Assembly: GCA_041640035.1 (NCBI GenBank)
Contig: JBEQBC010000001.1
Span: 204,111 to 268,110 of the forward strand
From: Candidatus Nanohaloarchaea archaeon
GTDB lineage: Archaea > Nanohalarchaeota > Nanosalinia > Nanosalinales > Nanosalinaceae
Length of the DNA stretch: 64,000 nucleotides
Direction: 5' to 3'
This document shows, piece by piece, positions 17,005 through 26,902 of this stretch. The position numbers and the translations under genes were made by a program. Under the pieces are notes generated by a model that made no database searches, was not told where the DNA came from, and was given only the letters and a program-made list of their open reading frames with translations. The stretch's first letter is position 1. Each line of letters begins with the position of its first letter.

Positions 17005-18879
17005 ATGGAAGAACTTGATGACATTAAAGACATGCTGCCGGATAACGCACAGGTTGACGAACTTCGATACGAAGCTTCAGATATCGTAGTCTACACTGGT
17101 AGCAAAGAATTTTTCTTGAATAACTCAGATGTTGTAAAAGAAATTGTATCCAAAATCAAGAAGCGAGTGGAGATCAGACCTTCATCCAAACTATTCATGG
17201 ATCCAGAACGAGCAGAAGAGAAAGTTCATGAGGTAGTTAGTGATGATGCAGGTCTTGAAGAAGTTATTTTCCAGCCTTCACTCGGTAAAATGATACTAAG
17301 AGCAGAAAAACCTGGAAAGGTAATTGGGAACAACGGCAGAGGACTTGACGAACTAAGAGAGAAAACGATGTGGAGTCCACAGGTCGAAAGAGTTCCTGCA
17401 ATCCAGTCAAATGTAGTTGACCGAGCAAGAGAGCTTACAGTAGAGGATCCAGAGTTCAGGAAAGACTTCCTCCACGATGTAGGTCAGAAGATCAGACTGG
17501 ACAAATCAGTAGGAGATGAATGGATAAGAATCTCCTCACTAGGAGGATTCCGGCAGGTAGGGCGCTCATGCGTACTACTTCAGACAGAGGAATCAAATGT
17601 ACTGATGGACTGTGGAATCGATCCAAGCGCTGAACCAGGCAGTAGGGAGAACTTCCCGTACCTGAACGCACCTGAACTGAACCTTCAGGAACTTGATGCA
17701 GTGATTCTATCACACGCACATATGGACCATGTCGGAATGATACCGTACCTGTACAAGATGGGGTATGATGGCCCGCTTTACTGTACAGAACCGACCAGAG
17801 ATCTGATGATTATGCTTACACTGGATTACATCGGCCTGGCGCATTCAGAGAACAACAAGGCGCCTTATGACTCCAGTGCGATTAAAAAGGCGGTCAAGCG
17901 TACAATTACTCCTGATTATGGAGAGGTTACTGATATCACTCCGGATATGCGTTTGACTTTGAGAAACTCAGGTCATATCATCGGAAGTGCATTGACCCAT
18001 ATCCATGTTGGAGAAGGACTGCACAACATCCTGTACACCGGAGATTACAACTATGATACTACAGAGATGCTGAGTCCTGCATCCACCAACTTCCAGAGAG
18101 TGGAGACCATGATCACAGAATCCACTTACGGTGGACGCGACGACGAGCAGACTCCGCGTGAGGAAGCGAACAAGAAGTTCCTCTCCAAGGTTAAACAGAC
18201 ATTGAACAAGGGAGGAAAGGTTATCGTTCCGGCGTTCGCTGTCGGTAGAAGCCAGGAAGTACTTGGTCTTCTCGCAGATGAGATGGACCGAAGCTACTTC
18301 GACTACAATGTATACATAGACGGTATGATCAACGATGTCAACGCGTTGCATACCGCTTACCCTGAGTTCCTTTCCGATAAAGTACAGAACAAGGTGCACC
18401 GAGAGGACTCACCTTTCCTCAAGGAGAACATCGAGGTCATAGGAAGCCACCGGGAGCGTGAACAAGTGAAGGAAGACGATGGATGCGTTATTCTGACAAC
18501 TTCCGGAAGCCTCACAGGAGGCCCCGTTCTCTCATACCTGAAAGAGTTCGCCGACGACCCAGACAACGCACTGGTCTTCGTAGGATACCAGTTCGAAGGA
18601 TCACTAGGACGAAAGATTCAGGAAGGAGCCGACCATGTAGAGATCGACGGCGAGTCAGTAGAAGTCAATCTTGAAACAGAAACCGTATCAGGTTTCTCAG
18701 CACATAGCGACAGACAGCAGATAATCAACTTTGCGAAGAACCTGCGTTCCAGTCCAAGAAGAGTGTTCACTAACCACGGGGAGGAGAAGAAATGCTTCAG
18801 CCTAGCTTCCACACTTCATAAAGTGCTGAATATCGATACATCCGCACCTCAGAACCTGGAAGTCAACAGGCTGGAATAA
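17005..18879 (+). CDS. fttA: aCPSF1/FttA beta-CASP ribonuclease with KH domains
   Basis: N-terminal KH, LGGFRQVGRS, SHAHMDH, GHIIGSA, FSAHSD; conserved position after psmB. Confidence 0.95.
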   Translation: MEELDDIKDMLPDNAQVDELRYEASDIVVYTGSKEFFLNNSDVVKEIVSKIKKRVEIRPSSKLFMDPERAEEKVHEVVSDDAGLEEVIFQPSLGKMILRAEKPGKVIGNNGRGLDELREKTMWSPQVERVPAIQSNVVDRARELTVEDPEFRKDFLHDVGQKIRLDKSVGDEWIRISSLGGFRQVGRSCVLLQTEESNVLMDCGIDPSAEPGSRENFPYLNAPELNLQELDAVILSHAHMDHVGMIPYLYKMGYDGPLYCTEPTRDLMIMLTLDYIGLAHSENNKAPYDSSAIKKAVKRTITPDYGEVTDITPDMRLTLRNSGHIIGSALTHIHVGEGLHNILYTGDYNYDTTEMLSPASTNFQRVETMITESTYGGRDDEQTPREEANKKFLSKVKQTLNKGGKVIVPAFAVGRSQEVLGLLADEMDRSYFDYNVYIDGMINDVNALHTAYPEFLSDKVQNKVHREDSPFLKENIEVIGSHREREQVKEDDGCVILTTSGSLTGGPVLSYLKEFADDPDNALVFVGYQFEGSLGRKIQEGADHVEIDGESVEVNLETETVSGFSAHSDRQQIINFAKNLRSSPRRVFTNHGEEKKCFSLASTLHKVLNIDTSAPQNLEVNRLE

Positions 18880-18896
18880 CGCCTTTAATCCTCTCT

Positions 18897-19439
18897 TTAT
18901 TTTTCTCCATATTCTATTGGTATCTTTCTAGCAGTATTGTTCTGAATTTCTGCAGTAGCTATTACTACACCGTTGCCTCTGACTGTTCCATTTTCTACAT
19001 TGATCGTTTCTGGTCGGTATCCAGGGAAGACAAATATTTGATCACCATTCAGTATTTTACTGGAGACATTACCTCTTGGGCCTATTACCGTCAGTGTATC
19101 GTTGATCTGAAGTTCTCCATCAATAGCGGATTTGTTCTCCTTACTTCGCCACCTACCTTGGCTAACCCTTCTCTCACCGCTGATTACTGCTGGAAAAGTA
19201 CTTTTATCCCGTCTTATGAACACATTTAGGTTTAAAGGTTCTGAATTTGTGGTGTCTTTAACCATAATCTGTGCTGTTTGATTGCTTTGATTATAGCTGA
19301 TATCAAGCTCCGGTATCTCAAGGATACTTTCTTCAATCGAGGGCGAGGGATTCAGGGTACTGTTAAAACTGACTATGTAAACTGACAGAATCGCTATCAT
19401 AAGGACTGATAGCAGAGGGATTAATTTTGTACTTTTCAT
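18897..19439 (-). CDS. Hypothetical protein with N-terminal membrane anchor
   Basis: Hydrophobic N-terminus; 1 nt downstream of the protease; AT-rich. Confidence 0.65.
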   Translation of the reverse strand: MKSTKLIPLLSVLMIAILSVYIVSFNSTLNPSPSIEESILEIPELDISYNQSNQTAQIMVKDTTNSEPLNLNVFIRRDKSTFPAVISGERRVSQGRWRSKENKSAIDGELQINDTLTVIGPRGNVSSKILNGDQIFVFPGYRPETINVENGTVRGNGVVIATAEIQNNTARKIPIEYGEK

Positions 19440-19440
19440 T

Positions 19441-20601
19441 TCAGTAGAAGGTTCCTCCTAATTCGTTTTCAACAGTTTCAGCGCTTGTTCCTATAATGCG
19501 TTCGTAGTAATCATCACCATTACTGTCGTACTTTCCTATATGTACACCACCGATTTTGGCATTATGATGGTTGTCAGAGGAGTCATAAACTTCTAGAAAA
19601 TAAGGTCCACCGGAGTCCCCACCTTCTGATGTGCGCGTATCGAGGGTTACAGCTTGTACGTTGCCAAAGATATCTTCAATAACTCCATCTACATATGTAC
19701 TAACGCGACAACTTGTTTGTCCTTGCATATTCATATCCCAGCTTTGATCGTCTACATGGTTTCGGAGGGCATCATCAGTTAAAACCCCGGATTCAAGTTC
19801 TCGATTTTTATTGCTAGTGTAATCGCTCGAGGCTATCCACTCTATAGGGTCTATATCTCCGGTTGGCTCTATGAAGGTACAATCAATATAACCAGAGTCA
19901 GTATAGTCTCTAGTTACTCCAATTTTTTCTGTTACTCCGTCAACTTCGTGGAATACATCCACATTATTTCCGCCAGCAACATGACCTGCAGTTACCCATC
20001 CATCACCATATTCATTTGAATTGAAAGGACCGGCAATTGTTCCGAGATTGTCTCCTCCGGCACCGAGTAATATAGGCGCTGCACCTGAGACATTATCATA
20101 TAAGGTGCTGGAATCATAGCAGTCTGTATTCTCTTCTATTATATCAGGGGTTTCAATTCGGACTGGAATTTCATTAGATGCTTCAAAACCATTTCTTGTC
20201 GCTCTTCCCCTGATTTTTCTAGGAATGATGCTTTCAACATGGCTTTTGTCTTCATAATTTTCTCTTAGAATAACCTCAACTCCAAAACCAGTCGGACTAT
20301 CATCCATCCCCGTGAATCTCAGATGAGGTCTAGGAATGTTAGACTCGTCTTCTAGTTTTTCTCCTAGGCTTTCCAAGCCTTCTTGAGTTGTATATATTTC
20401 CTCCCATTCCTGTCTAGTTAGTGTTTTATACACTGGCTTTCTCTCAGGTCCAGAACTGGTGTTTACTGTTTTGTAAGAATGTAGATATGGTATTTTTTCA
20501 TTTTCTGTACTTCTTTCTTGTGGTTGAGGAAGCCCTATAGTTAAGCCAGCAACTCCAGCTTTCTTCAAAAATTCTCGGCGGTTGTGTGAATCCTTGTCCA
20601 T
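19441..20601 (-). CDS. Tat-signal trypsin/chymotrypsin-like (S1) serine protease
   Basis: NRREFLK twin-arginine signal (start taken as ATG 20601); TAGH, DCTFI, GDSGGP catalytic triad motifs. Confidence 0.8.
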   Translation of the reverse strand: MDKDSHNRREFLKKAGVAGLTIGLPQPQERSTENEKIPYLHSYKTVNTSSGPERKPVYKTLTRQEWEEIYTTQEGLESLGEKLEDESNIPRPHLRFTGMDDSPTGFGVEVILRENYEDKSHVESIIPRKIRGRATRNGFEASNEIPVRIETPDIIEENTDCYDSSTLYDNVSGAAPILLGAGGDNLGTIAGPFNSNEYGDGWVTAGHVAGGNNVDVFHEVDGVTEKIGVTRDYTDSGYIDCTFIEPTGDIDPIEWIASSDYTSNKNRELESGVLTDDALRNHVDDQSWDMNMQGQTSCRVSTYVDGVIEDIFGNVQAVTLDTRTSEGGDSGGPYFLEVYDSSDNHHNAKIGGVHIGKYDSNGDDYYERIIGTSAETVENELGGTFY

Positions 20602-20766
20602 ATGCACTTTTAGTCTCCCTAAAGTTTGTTTAAAAATCTTAGGCTTCATTTCGAGGCTTTTTTTGTTTATAACTAGTTTTGATCTGATTTAGGCCTATTT
20701 TGGGCTTAAATATAGGACTTATTTTACCACACTGGTTTTTTATTTCAGAGAGGTTAACTAAGTTGT

Positions 20767-21027
20767 ATGGTTTATTCTAAAAAGTGTGTGAACTGCGATA
20801 AGCTTATTGATTTCGGAAGTACTGATCCAGAGGAAGATAACTTGAAGCCGGCTGAGCTTCCTGAGAATGCTATGAGATTTAACGGCGATCTTTACTGTAA
20901 GGAATGTGTGAAGGAGTTTGTTCAGTTCGGTACCGGTGATCTTCAGTCCCGTATCGAGTTCCTTGAGGAAAAAATGGAGGATGTAGCTGAAGCACTTGGA
21001 ATGCAGAAAACACTCAACTCAGAATAA
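20767..21027 (+). CDS. Small CxxC...CxxC zinc-finger protein with C-terminal coiled coil
   Basis: CVNC and CKEC pairs. Confidence 0.7.
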   Translation: MVYSKKCVNCDKLIDFGSTDPEEDNLKPAELPENAMRFNGDLYCKECVKEFVQFGTGDLQSRIEFLEEKMEDVAEALGMQKTLNSE

Positions 21028-21111
21028 TATTTCTTTCATTTCTTGTAGAACAGAACTAGCTAGATTATAGATAAATAGAAAATTAGATAGATAGAAATGT
21101 AGAGTACTTTT

Positions 21112-21486
21112 TTACTCTTCCTGGACTGCGTCGCTACTTCGCTCAATTTCTGCAAAGCTTGGACATGCGATAACCCAGTCCTCGTCTACGCCTGCCATGT
21201 CTCCGTCGATAGCTTTGATCGTCTTCTTCAGTCTCTTGATTGCTCTCTTCAGCTTGGTCATGTCTTTGTTCTTTAGTGGACGGATGTTTACCCAGACGAT
21301 ATGGTTGTTTCTCAGGTGTTCCTGTACTTCGTCTACATCGTCAAATTCCTTCAGTGTAACCGCTCTTACTACTACTTTTTGTCTTTCCTCTGTTGCTACT
21401 GCGTCTAGTTCTACGAAGTCGTCGTCTACCGTTACATTTTCGGAGTCGTCTGAACTGTCTTTCTTTAGAAACCCAAGATCAACCAT
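21112..21486 (-). CDS. sepF: Cell division protein SepF (DUF552)
   Basis: Size and LKEFDDV...IVWVNI...IDGDMAGV..WVIACP pattern of archaeal SepF. Confidence 0.8.
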   Translation of the reverse strand: MVDLGFLKKDSSDDSENVTVDDDFVELDAVATEERQKVVVRAVTLKEFDDVDEVQEHLRNNHIVWVNIRPLKNKDMTKLKRAIKRLKKTIKAIDGDMAGVDEDWVIACPSFAEIERSSDAVQEE

Positions 21487-21597
21487 TTTTTGATTACCTC
21501 TTAGTTATAAGCGGTAACTTAGTTTTTTTATAGTTTATCAAGGCTGTATTACAGAACTTGGGAAATTGGTGGAAAATAAGTGGTGAGAATATGACTT

Positions 21598-21843
21598 TTA
21601 CTCCAGGCTTTCTACTTTGGAAGCGATGTTCCAGATCTCTGTCCTGGTATGCTGTCTGATATTGGGATCGTTGCTTACCTGGTCAAGAATGGATGATGCG
21701 CTGTTAACTCTTACTGAAATCTCTTTATCTTCGTTTTCGAGGATGTCTGCTGCTTCATCAAGTTTCTCTGCTACATTTGAGGGTATATCGTCTCCCTCGC
21801 TGAGGTCTCTTACTCTTGCGACTACTCCGTTTACTGATGCCAT
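21598..21843 (-). CDS. UPF0147 family protein
   Basis: IPSNV...LDQVSNDPNIRQHTRTEIWNIAS.VES. Confidence 0.85.
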   Translation of the reverse strand: MASVNGVVARVRDLSEGDDIPSNVAEKLDEAADILENEDKEISVRVNSASSILDQVSNDPNIRQHTRTEIWNIASKVESLE

Positions 21844-21893
21844 AAAAAATACACCTTGTAGAAAATAGGGTTTTGGGAACCGGTTTTATCCGG

Positions 21894-22229
21894 TTATTGC
21901 CCCATTTGCTGTCTGAATTTTTGCTGGCTTTCCTGCATTTCTTCTTGCAGGTTCTCTTCTTTCTTCTCTAGACTCTTGATTCTTACTTCTAGATCTTCTT
22001 TCTCTTCTTCTAGCTCTTCCTTAAGTTGGTCTGTGTCCTTTGCGATCATTAGATCGCCGACCTGTCTGTATACCTGGCCATTGTCTCCTTCCTCGATCTC
22101 GTCAAGTGCCTTTTGAACTCCTTCAAGTTCGTTTTGGCTTTCTTCTTTCTGAGCTGTGATTTCCTGAAGTTTCTGCTGATTTTCCTGAAGCTGCATCATC
22201 ATCTTCTGTGCGTCTTGTTGATCTGACAT
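21894..22229 (-). CDS. pfdB: Prefoldin beta subunit
   Basis: Coiled coils flanking VYRQVGDLMI; start taken as ATG 22229 (MSDQQ). Confidence 0.9.
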   Translation of the reverse strand: MSDQQDAQKMMMQLQENQQKLQEITAQKEESQNELEGVQKALDEIEEGDNGQVYRQVGDLMIAKDTDQLKEELEEEKEDLEVRIKSLEKKEENLQEEMQESQQKFRQQMGQ

Positions 22230-22237
22230 AGTTGTAG

Positions 22238-22462
22238 TTAAACCTCTTTTGAGTATATCTTGTCTGCAAGCATTATTAACCTGAACACTGAATCGGAACA
22301 ACCTCGAAGCACTCCTAGTTTCTCGGTTTGTATATTGATATCAAGAGAATCTTCCTGATTCTCCAATCTGTATGTAACTTTTTCGTTATTTTTGAGGCTT
22401 GGACGGACTGAATCAGCTGTAAGAACTGGTTCTGATAATTCAAAGCTGATATCGGTTTTCAT
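22238..22462 (-). CDS. pcc1: KEOPS complex subunit Pcc1
   Basis: 74 aa; LRGCSDSVFRLI resembles LRAxxNSxLR; canonical position between rpoP and pfdB. Confidence 0.7.
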   Translation of the reverse strand: MKTDISFELSEPVLTADSVRPSLKNNEKVTYRLENQEDSLDINIQTEKLGVLRGCSDSVFRLIMLADKIYSKEV

Positions 22463-22545
22463 ATTTTATCCTCCAAAGCTCTAAGCAATATCTGTGGATA
22501 TTGAAAAGGGAAAAATTAATTTTGAGGGGGAAAGCAGAGCGTTGT

Positions 22546-22686
22546 TTAAACTGCCTCTACTTCATTAGGTGTCTCTGGTCGTTTCTTGAAGAGAACTCTG
22601 TGACTGCATTTAGGACAGATTACTTTCTCATTGACAGGGTCGACTTCTACCTCTTCCTCACACTTTACGCATACATATGCTGGCAT
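22546..22686 (-). CDS. rpoP: RNA polymerase subunit P (Rpo12), absent from the ORF track
   Basis: MPAYVCVKCEEEVEVDPVNEKVICPKCSHRVLFKKRPETPNEVEAV; Zn ribbon directly after rpl37ae. Confidence 0.93.
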   Translation of the reverse strand: MPAYVCVKCEEEVEVDPVNEKVICPKCSHRVLFKKRPETPNEVEAV

Positions 22687-22697
22687 AAAGTACTCAC

Positions 22698-22982
22698 CTA
22701 TTCCTCAATCTGCTCTTTTGCAGCTTCAAGTTCCTCGGTTTCGACCTTTAGAGCCTTATCCAGAAGTTCGTCTGCTCCTGTATCCTGTTCGTATGCTCCA
22801 CCTGCTTCTTTATGACCGCATTTCTGACATTCCCATACTCCTGCTGCCGGTCTTTCCATCTGATCTGACCCGCATTCTGGGCATTCTTCATCTGTACGGT
22901 CTTCTGCTTCGTCTACATTCTTCCTGATACGGCTTCCGTAACGGGAACCGAATCTTTTGGAGGACTTGTTCTCTCGTGGCAT
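22698..22982 (-). CDS. rpl37ae: 50S ribosomal protein L37Ae (eL43)
   Basis: RFGSRYG, CPECG, GVWECQKC, AGGAY. Confidence 0.95.
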   Translation of the reverse strand: MPRENKSSKRFGSRYGSRIRKNVDEAEDRTDEECPECGSDQMERPAAGVWECQKCGHKEAGGAYEQDTGADELLDKALKVETEELEAAKEQIEE

Positions 22983-23032
22983 TGTTTTAGTCTTTCACCT
23001 TCTATATTGTGAGAGATGGGAGGGGAATTTTT

Positions 23033-23821
23033 TTATTCCTCCGCATCCCGGAGAAGTTCTCTCAGTTTCTCTGTCTGGTTTTTCGCTTCTTCCATGGTGT
23101 CCTTGATCTCTTCCTGACTGTAAGGCTGCATGCCTCCTTTCTGCATGGCTACTACACTGTCGTCTTCAGTCAGTGTAACTGTCATTCTTGCGTCGAGAGC
23201 TTCTTCCTCTTCGCCGGTGGTATCCCACATAAGTGAGTCCTCGATCTTCCGACCTGTAACTGTTACAGGTTCCTTCTCTAGAGGGATATCCTGACTTTCA
23301 TCATCTCTGTCAAGTGTGTCCTCTTCCTCGTCGTAAGGAGGTAGGTATCCTGTCTGAAGTGCTGCTACAGCTCCAAGAGCTGATGCATCAATCAGGTTAC
23401 CGTCGTCGTTGAGAACATGTACATCGATGAATAGTGTGTAGACTTTCTCTCCTTCTACGATGCAGAGTTCTTCAAGATCTACTGCTTCGCTTTCTCTTAT
23501 CCCTCGGTCGACTACCCGTGCTAGTTCTACTCCATCTTCCTGTGGCGGTCCGGATTCGAACTCTCGGGAAGCCATAGGTGCAAGTTCAGCGTTCGTGACA
23601 ATTGTACCTGATTCCGGTCTGTCCGGGTAAGGTTCCTCGATGTCTACGCTGAGTCCTACTACTACATCGGTGTCTCCGATCTTGACTCTTGCTGATCCCT
23701 GGCTTGTGGTTGGGATATAGTCTGTTTCTAACTGGATTTCTCTGTATTCGTCTAGGTCTCGGCCGTCCAGGCGTTCGCCGTCTCGGGCCATCTTCTTGAT
23801 TGTCTGTTCGTTAAGCTTCAT
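23033..23821 (-). CDS. rrp42: Exosome complex component Rrp42
   Basis: RLDGR, GSARVKIGDT, ELARVVDRGIRES, DDGNLIDA. Confidence 0.95.
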   Translation of the reverse strand: MKLNEQTIKKMARDGERLDGRDLDEYREIQLETDYIPTTSQGSARVKIGDTDVVVGLSVDIEEPYPDRPESGTIVTNAELAPMASREFESGPPQEDGVELARVVDRGIRESEAVDLEELCIVEGEKVYTLFIDVHVLNDDGNLIDASALGAVAALQTGYLPPYDEEEDTLDRDDESQDIPLEKEPVTVTGRKIEDSLMWDTTGEEEEALDARMTVTLTEDDSVVAMQKGGMQPYSQEEIKDTMEEAKNQTEKLRELLRDAEE

Positions 23822-24552
23822 TCGAAATCACCTGCTTCTTTATCGTACTTTTCTTTCAGTGCTTTTCTCTGCATCTCGTCAAGGTCTGCACATCCTTCCT
23901 TTGCTAGGCTGACACAGTCGTCAACCTGTTCGATTGTCAGGTCGCCGTCCATCTGGAGAAGTGTTATTTCGTCTCCGCCGTTGATGGTTGCGATCGGGAT
24001 GTCTGCGTTTCCTTCCTTATCTTCCTTTCCGATTACATCCAGTACGGGTGTATCGTCGACTACTCCTGCTGCGCATGCGGATACAAGTCCTTTCATAGGC
24101 ATTCCTGCGTCTGCTAGTGCTAGACTAGCTGCTGTGATGCCTGCTGCTCGTGTTCCTCCGTCACTTTCGATGATTTCCATGGAGATGTCGATTCCTGCGG
24201 TTGGGAATTCATCGAGTTCGATTGCTGGTTCTAGTGCGCGTCGTGCGACTAATCCGATTTCTTTTGCTCTTCGGTTTGGTCCAGGGCTCATTCTGTCGTC
24301 TACGGAGAATGGAGCCATGTTGTATCGCATCTTGATTACTGCTCTATCACTTTTTTGCAGGTGCTTTGGGTGCAGGTCCTGTGGTCCGAAAACGGAAGCT
24401 ACTACTCTGGTGTTTCCTACTTCTACCATTGCTGATCCGTCTGCTTCGGTGAGGACGCCTGCTTCCATGGTTGTTTCTCGCATTTCGTCTTTTTCTCTTC
24501 CGTCGATTCTCTTTCCTTCGTCGTCAAACCATTCTACTTCTTGTTCGCTCAT
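23818..24552 (-). CDS. rrp41: Exosome complex exonuclease Rrp41
   Basis: RIDGR, YNMAPFS, SDGGTR, KED motifs. Confidence 0.95.
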   Translation of the reverse strand: MSEQEVEWFDDEGKRIDGREKDEMRETTMEAGVLTEADGSAMVEVGNTRVVASVFGPQDLHPKHLQKSDRAVIKMRYNMAPFSVDDRMSPGPNRRAKEIGLVARRALEPAIELDEFPTAGIDISMEIIESDGGTRAAGITAASLALADAGMPMKGLVSACAAGVVDDTPVLDVIGKEDKEGNADIPIATINGGDEITLLQMDGDLTIEQVDDCVSLAKEGCADLDEMQRKALKEKYDKEAGDFE

Positions 24553-25250
24553 TGTTCGTCACCTTCGTTGTCTTCTGTTTTTTCTTCTAGCCATTCGGCT
24601 ATTCTGTCGGTCAATCCGTCTGTATGTGCTTCTTCTTCGACTTTCTTGACTGCCTTAGCTGCAAGGCTCATGTTGCCTCCGTTGATCCATACTAGTCCGT
24701 TCTGTCCGACCAGGATGTTTGCGTCTGTGTAGTCGATGATCTGTTTGACCATTGTTCCCTGTTTTCCGATTACTCGTGGGACTTTGCTTGGAGCGATTTC
24801 GATTATTCGTCCGCCTTCAAGCTTCTTGCATCTTCGGTCTTCCATGGACATGTCGACATCTTTGGATTCGCTGACTGATGTGATCTCGATCATTACTGCG
24901 TCTCCTACATCGAAGAAGTCTGTTAGGTCGTCTTCGTCTAGGTCGACATATTCGTCGGTTGCGTCTGCGATGTTCAGTGTTCCCTCGTATGGGGAGTTGA
25001 AGTCGACATTCCAGCGGGAGTAGCTTACCCGGCTGATTTCTCCGATTACGATGTCGCCTTCCTGTGGGACATATCTTCCGGAGAGTGGTCTGACCTGGAT
25101 GTGGTTGTTTTTGTACTGGACTGAGCCCAAGTATTTAGAGTAGATTTTGCCGTTTTTCTGGTAAACGCCTGATGCTGCGTCGACATCTGTTCCGTCGAAT
25201 ACAGCTTCTCCTGGCGTTACAATTTCATTAGAGTCTTTCAAACGAGTCAT
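24549..25250 (-). CDS. rrp4: Exosome complex RNA-binding protein Rrp4
   Basis: YVPQEGD S1 domain; PRVIGKQG KH; GQNG.VWI. Confidence 0.94.
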   Translation of the reverse strand: MTRLKDSNEIVTPGEAVFDGTDVDAASGVYQKNGKIYSKYLGSVQYKNNHIQVRPLSGRYVPQEGDIVIGEISRVSYSRWNVDFNSPYEGTLNIADATDEYVDLDEDDLTDFFDVGDAVMIEITSVSESKDVDMSMEDRRCKKLEGGRIIEIAPSKVPRVIGKQGTMVKQIIDYTDANILVGQNGLVWINGGNMSLAAKAVKKVEEEAHTDGLTDRIAEWLEEKTEDNEGDEQ

Positions 25251-25416
25251 GTGATGTTATTACCTCGAAAAAATTTGTGTTTAGCTGAGAGCCCCTGAAC
25301 CGTTGAAATGTATTATAGTTCAGAAGCCGTTATCTAGCTTTTCTTTATAGTTACAGTTTAAAGAAGAAGTTTTTTATAAGCTGATTACCTAGCCCCAGTG
25401 AAAGTCTTTACTGGTT

Positions 25417-26106
25417 CTATATGTCTTCCTTGACCTGTGTCTTACCTGAAGTCATCTCCTGCAGCTCTTCAAGAAGTTCTGAGAAAACTCCTGCCGGCAT
25501 GGTAACCTTTGCGTAGAAGTAGTCGCTACCCCATTCCTCTTTTTCAACTTCAGCCTGGCTCTGAATCTTGTCATAAGCCTTCCCAGATTCATCGTTCGGT
25601 ATCTGAAGAACAACAGTTTTCTCATCCAGCGAGACAGGGATAATCGGCCTGATCATATCTATAGCCTCCTGGAACTGATCTTCAACATCCTCGAACGCAT
25701 CAGCGTTGAAACCTGCTTCATCAAGTGCGTTCTCAACTCTCTGCGGCGGATGCGGGTTACCTGTCTTCGGGTTTTGAACCCTGCGTGCGATCATGTTAAC
25801 TACCTGTTTGTATTTGTCTTCCCGGATTTCTGCTTTCTGTTCGGTGGTTAGCTGCATCTCACCTTTCTCGAATATTTCCTCGGCAGCTTTCATTACCTGC
25901 TTGGTTCCAAACTCGTCTTCCAGTTCTTCTGCGGATGCTCTTTCTCCGGCTCCGGCGTCCGTGAAGATGTCCTGTACGAATAATAGTCTCTGTATATCGA
26001 CATCTTTACCTTCCAGTTTGGCTTCCTTCGCCAGGTCAGGGTCAACTAGAATTTCGAATTCCTTTCCGTTATCGTATCTTATCCGTACAGCATCCGATGT
26101 GTCCAT
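25417..26106 (-). CDS. Ribosome assembly factor SBDS/SDO1
   Basis: FEILVDP, QLTTEQK, NPHPPQRVENA. Confidence 0.94.
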   Translation of the reverse strand: MDTSDAVRIRYDNGKEFEILVDPDLAKEAKLEGKDVDIQRLLFVQDIFTDAGAGERASAEELEDEFGTKQVMKAAEEIFEKGEMQLTTEQKAEIREDKYKQVVNMIARRVQNPKTGNPHPPQRVENALDEAGFNADAFEDVEDQFQEAIDMIRPIIPVSLDEKTVVLQIPNDESGKAYDKIQSQAEVEKEEWGSDYFYAKVTMPAGVFSELLEELQEMTSGKTQVKEDI

Positions 26107-26122
26107 ATGTGTGGATGCGGGT

Positions 26123-26473
26123 TTATTCTTTAAACCTGTTTTTGACCTGTGTCGGTAGGAGTCTGTAGTACCATTTTTCTCTTTCTCTGGCCGCTATGTT
26201 CAGGATTAGGAGTGCGGTGGTCATGGTGAGTGTGACGAATGTTCCTGCTAGGGATCCGACCAGTAGATTGGTTCCTTCTGTCATTGTGCTGTTGATTATG
26301 ACTCCTGCTTCTGCCAGGAATCCTGCCATCAGGAGCAGCATAGCGGTTCTTACATCTCCATGGCTTAATGCGAGGTATTCAAGTGCCTGTTCAGGTTCTT
26401 CGTATATTCTTTTCAGCAGTGTTGCTGCAAAGAACGGTATCGGCAAGGTTATCAGAAAGGCAATCCAAGCCAT
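26123..26473 (-). CDS. Small multi-TM membrane protein (pair 1, second gene)
   Basis: About 3 hydrophobic segments; overlaps the upstream partner. Confidence 0.65.
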   Translation of the reverse strand: MAWIAFLITLPIPFFAATLLKRIYEEPEQALEYLALSHGDVRTAMLLLMAGFLAEAGVIINSTMTEGTNLLVGSLAGTFVTLTMTTALLILNIAAREREKWYYRLLPTQVKNRFKE

Positions 26474-26790
26474 CTACTTTCACGGTTGTTTACGATATCG
26501 TTCATGATTTTGAAGAATACAGCCCAGAAAACCAGGCAGGCATCGAATAACCAGGTCATCAAGGTGTAAGAGTCCTGTGCGAGAAAGAATGTTGCGGTGC
26601 TTGAGAGAACTGTGGCTATGAACATGGCTGAAAAGGCTATCTTTGATCTATCCTCGTTAAGTTTGATTAGATGTGCTGCTGTTTTACGGTCGTCTCTCCA
26701 GGAACGCTCAAAGCCAACAAGGTTGTATATAATGTATGCTAGAACTGCCAGTACCGTTAGATCTTTGGCGATCAGCAGTTCCTCGATCAT
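26452..26790 (-). CDS. Small multi-TM membrane protein (pair 1, first gene)
   Basis: About 3 TM; DDRKTAAHLIKL loop similar to the other pairs. Confidence 0.7.
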   Translation of the reverse strand: MIEELLIAKDLTVLAVLAYIIYNLVGFERSWRDDRKTAAHLIKLNEDRSKIAFSAMFIATVLSSTATFFLAQDSYTLMTWLFDACLVFWAVFFKIMNDIVNNRESRWLGLPF

Positions 26791-26902
26791 GTTGACTAAT
26801 TCAGGCTTTCAGCAGTTTAAACTTGTGGTGGAGAATTTGATCAAACTATTCGAAATTCTGGAGATAAATCAAAAGGAGAGAAATTAGAGGTAAAAAAGGG
26901 TT

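Noticed and set aside
23981-24649. 222-aa plus-strand ORF and similar Ser-rich ORFs (e.g. 1276..1701, 8121..8699, 27086..27559)
   Set aside because: Antisense shadows of acidic genes: GAA/GAC codons read as Ser/Phe/Val on the other strand.
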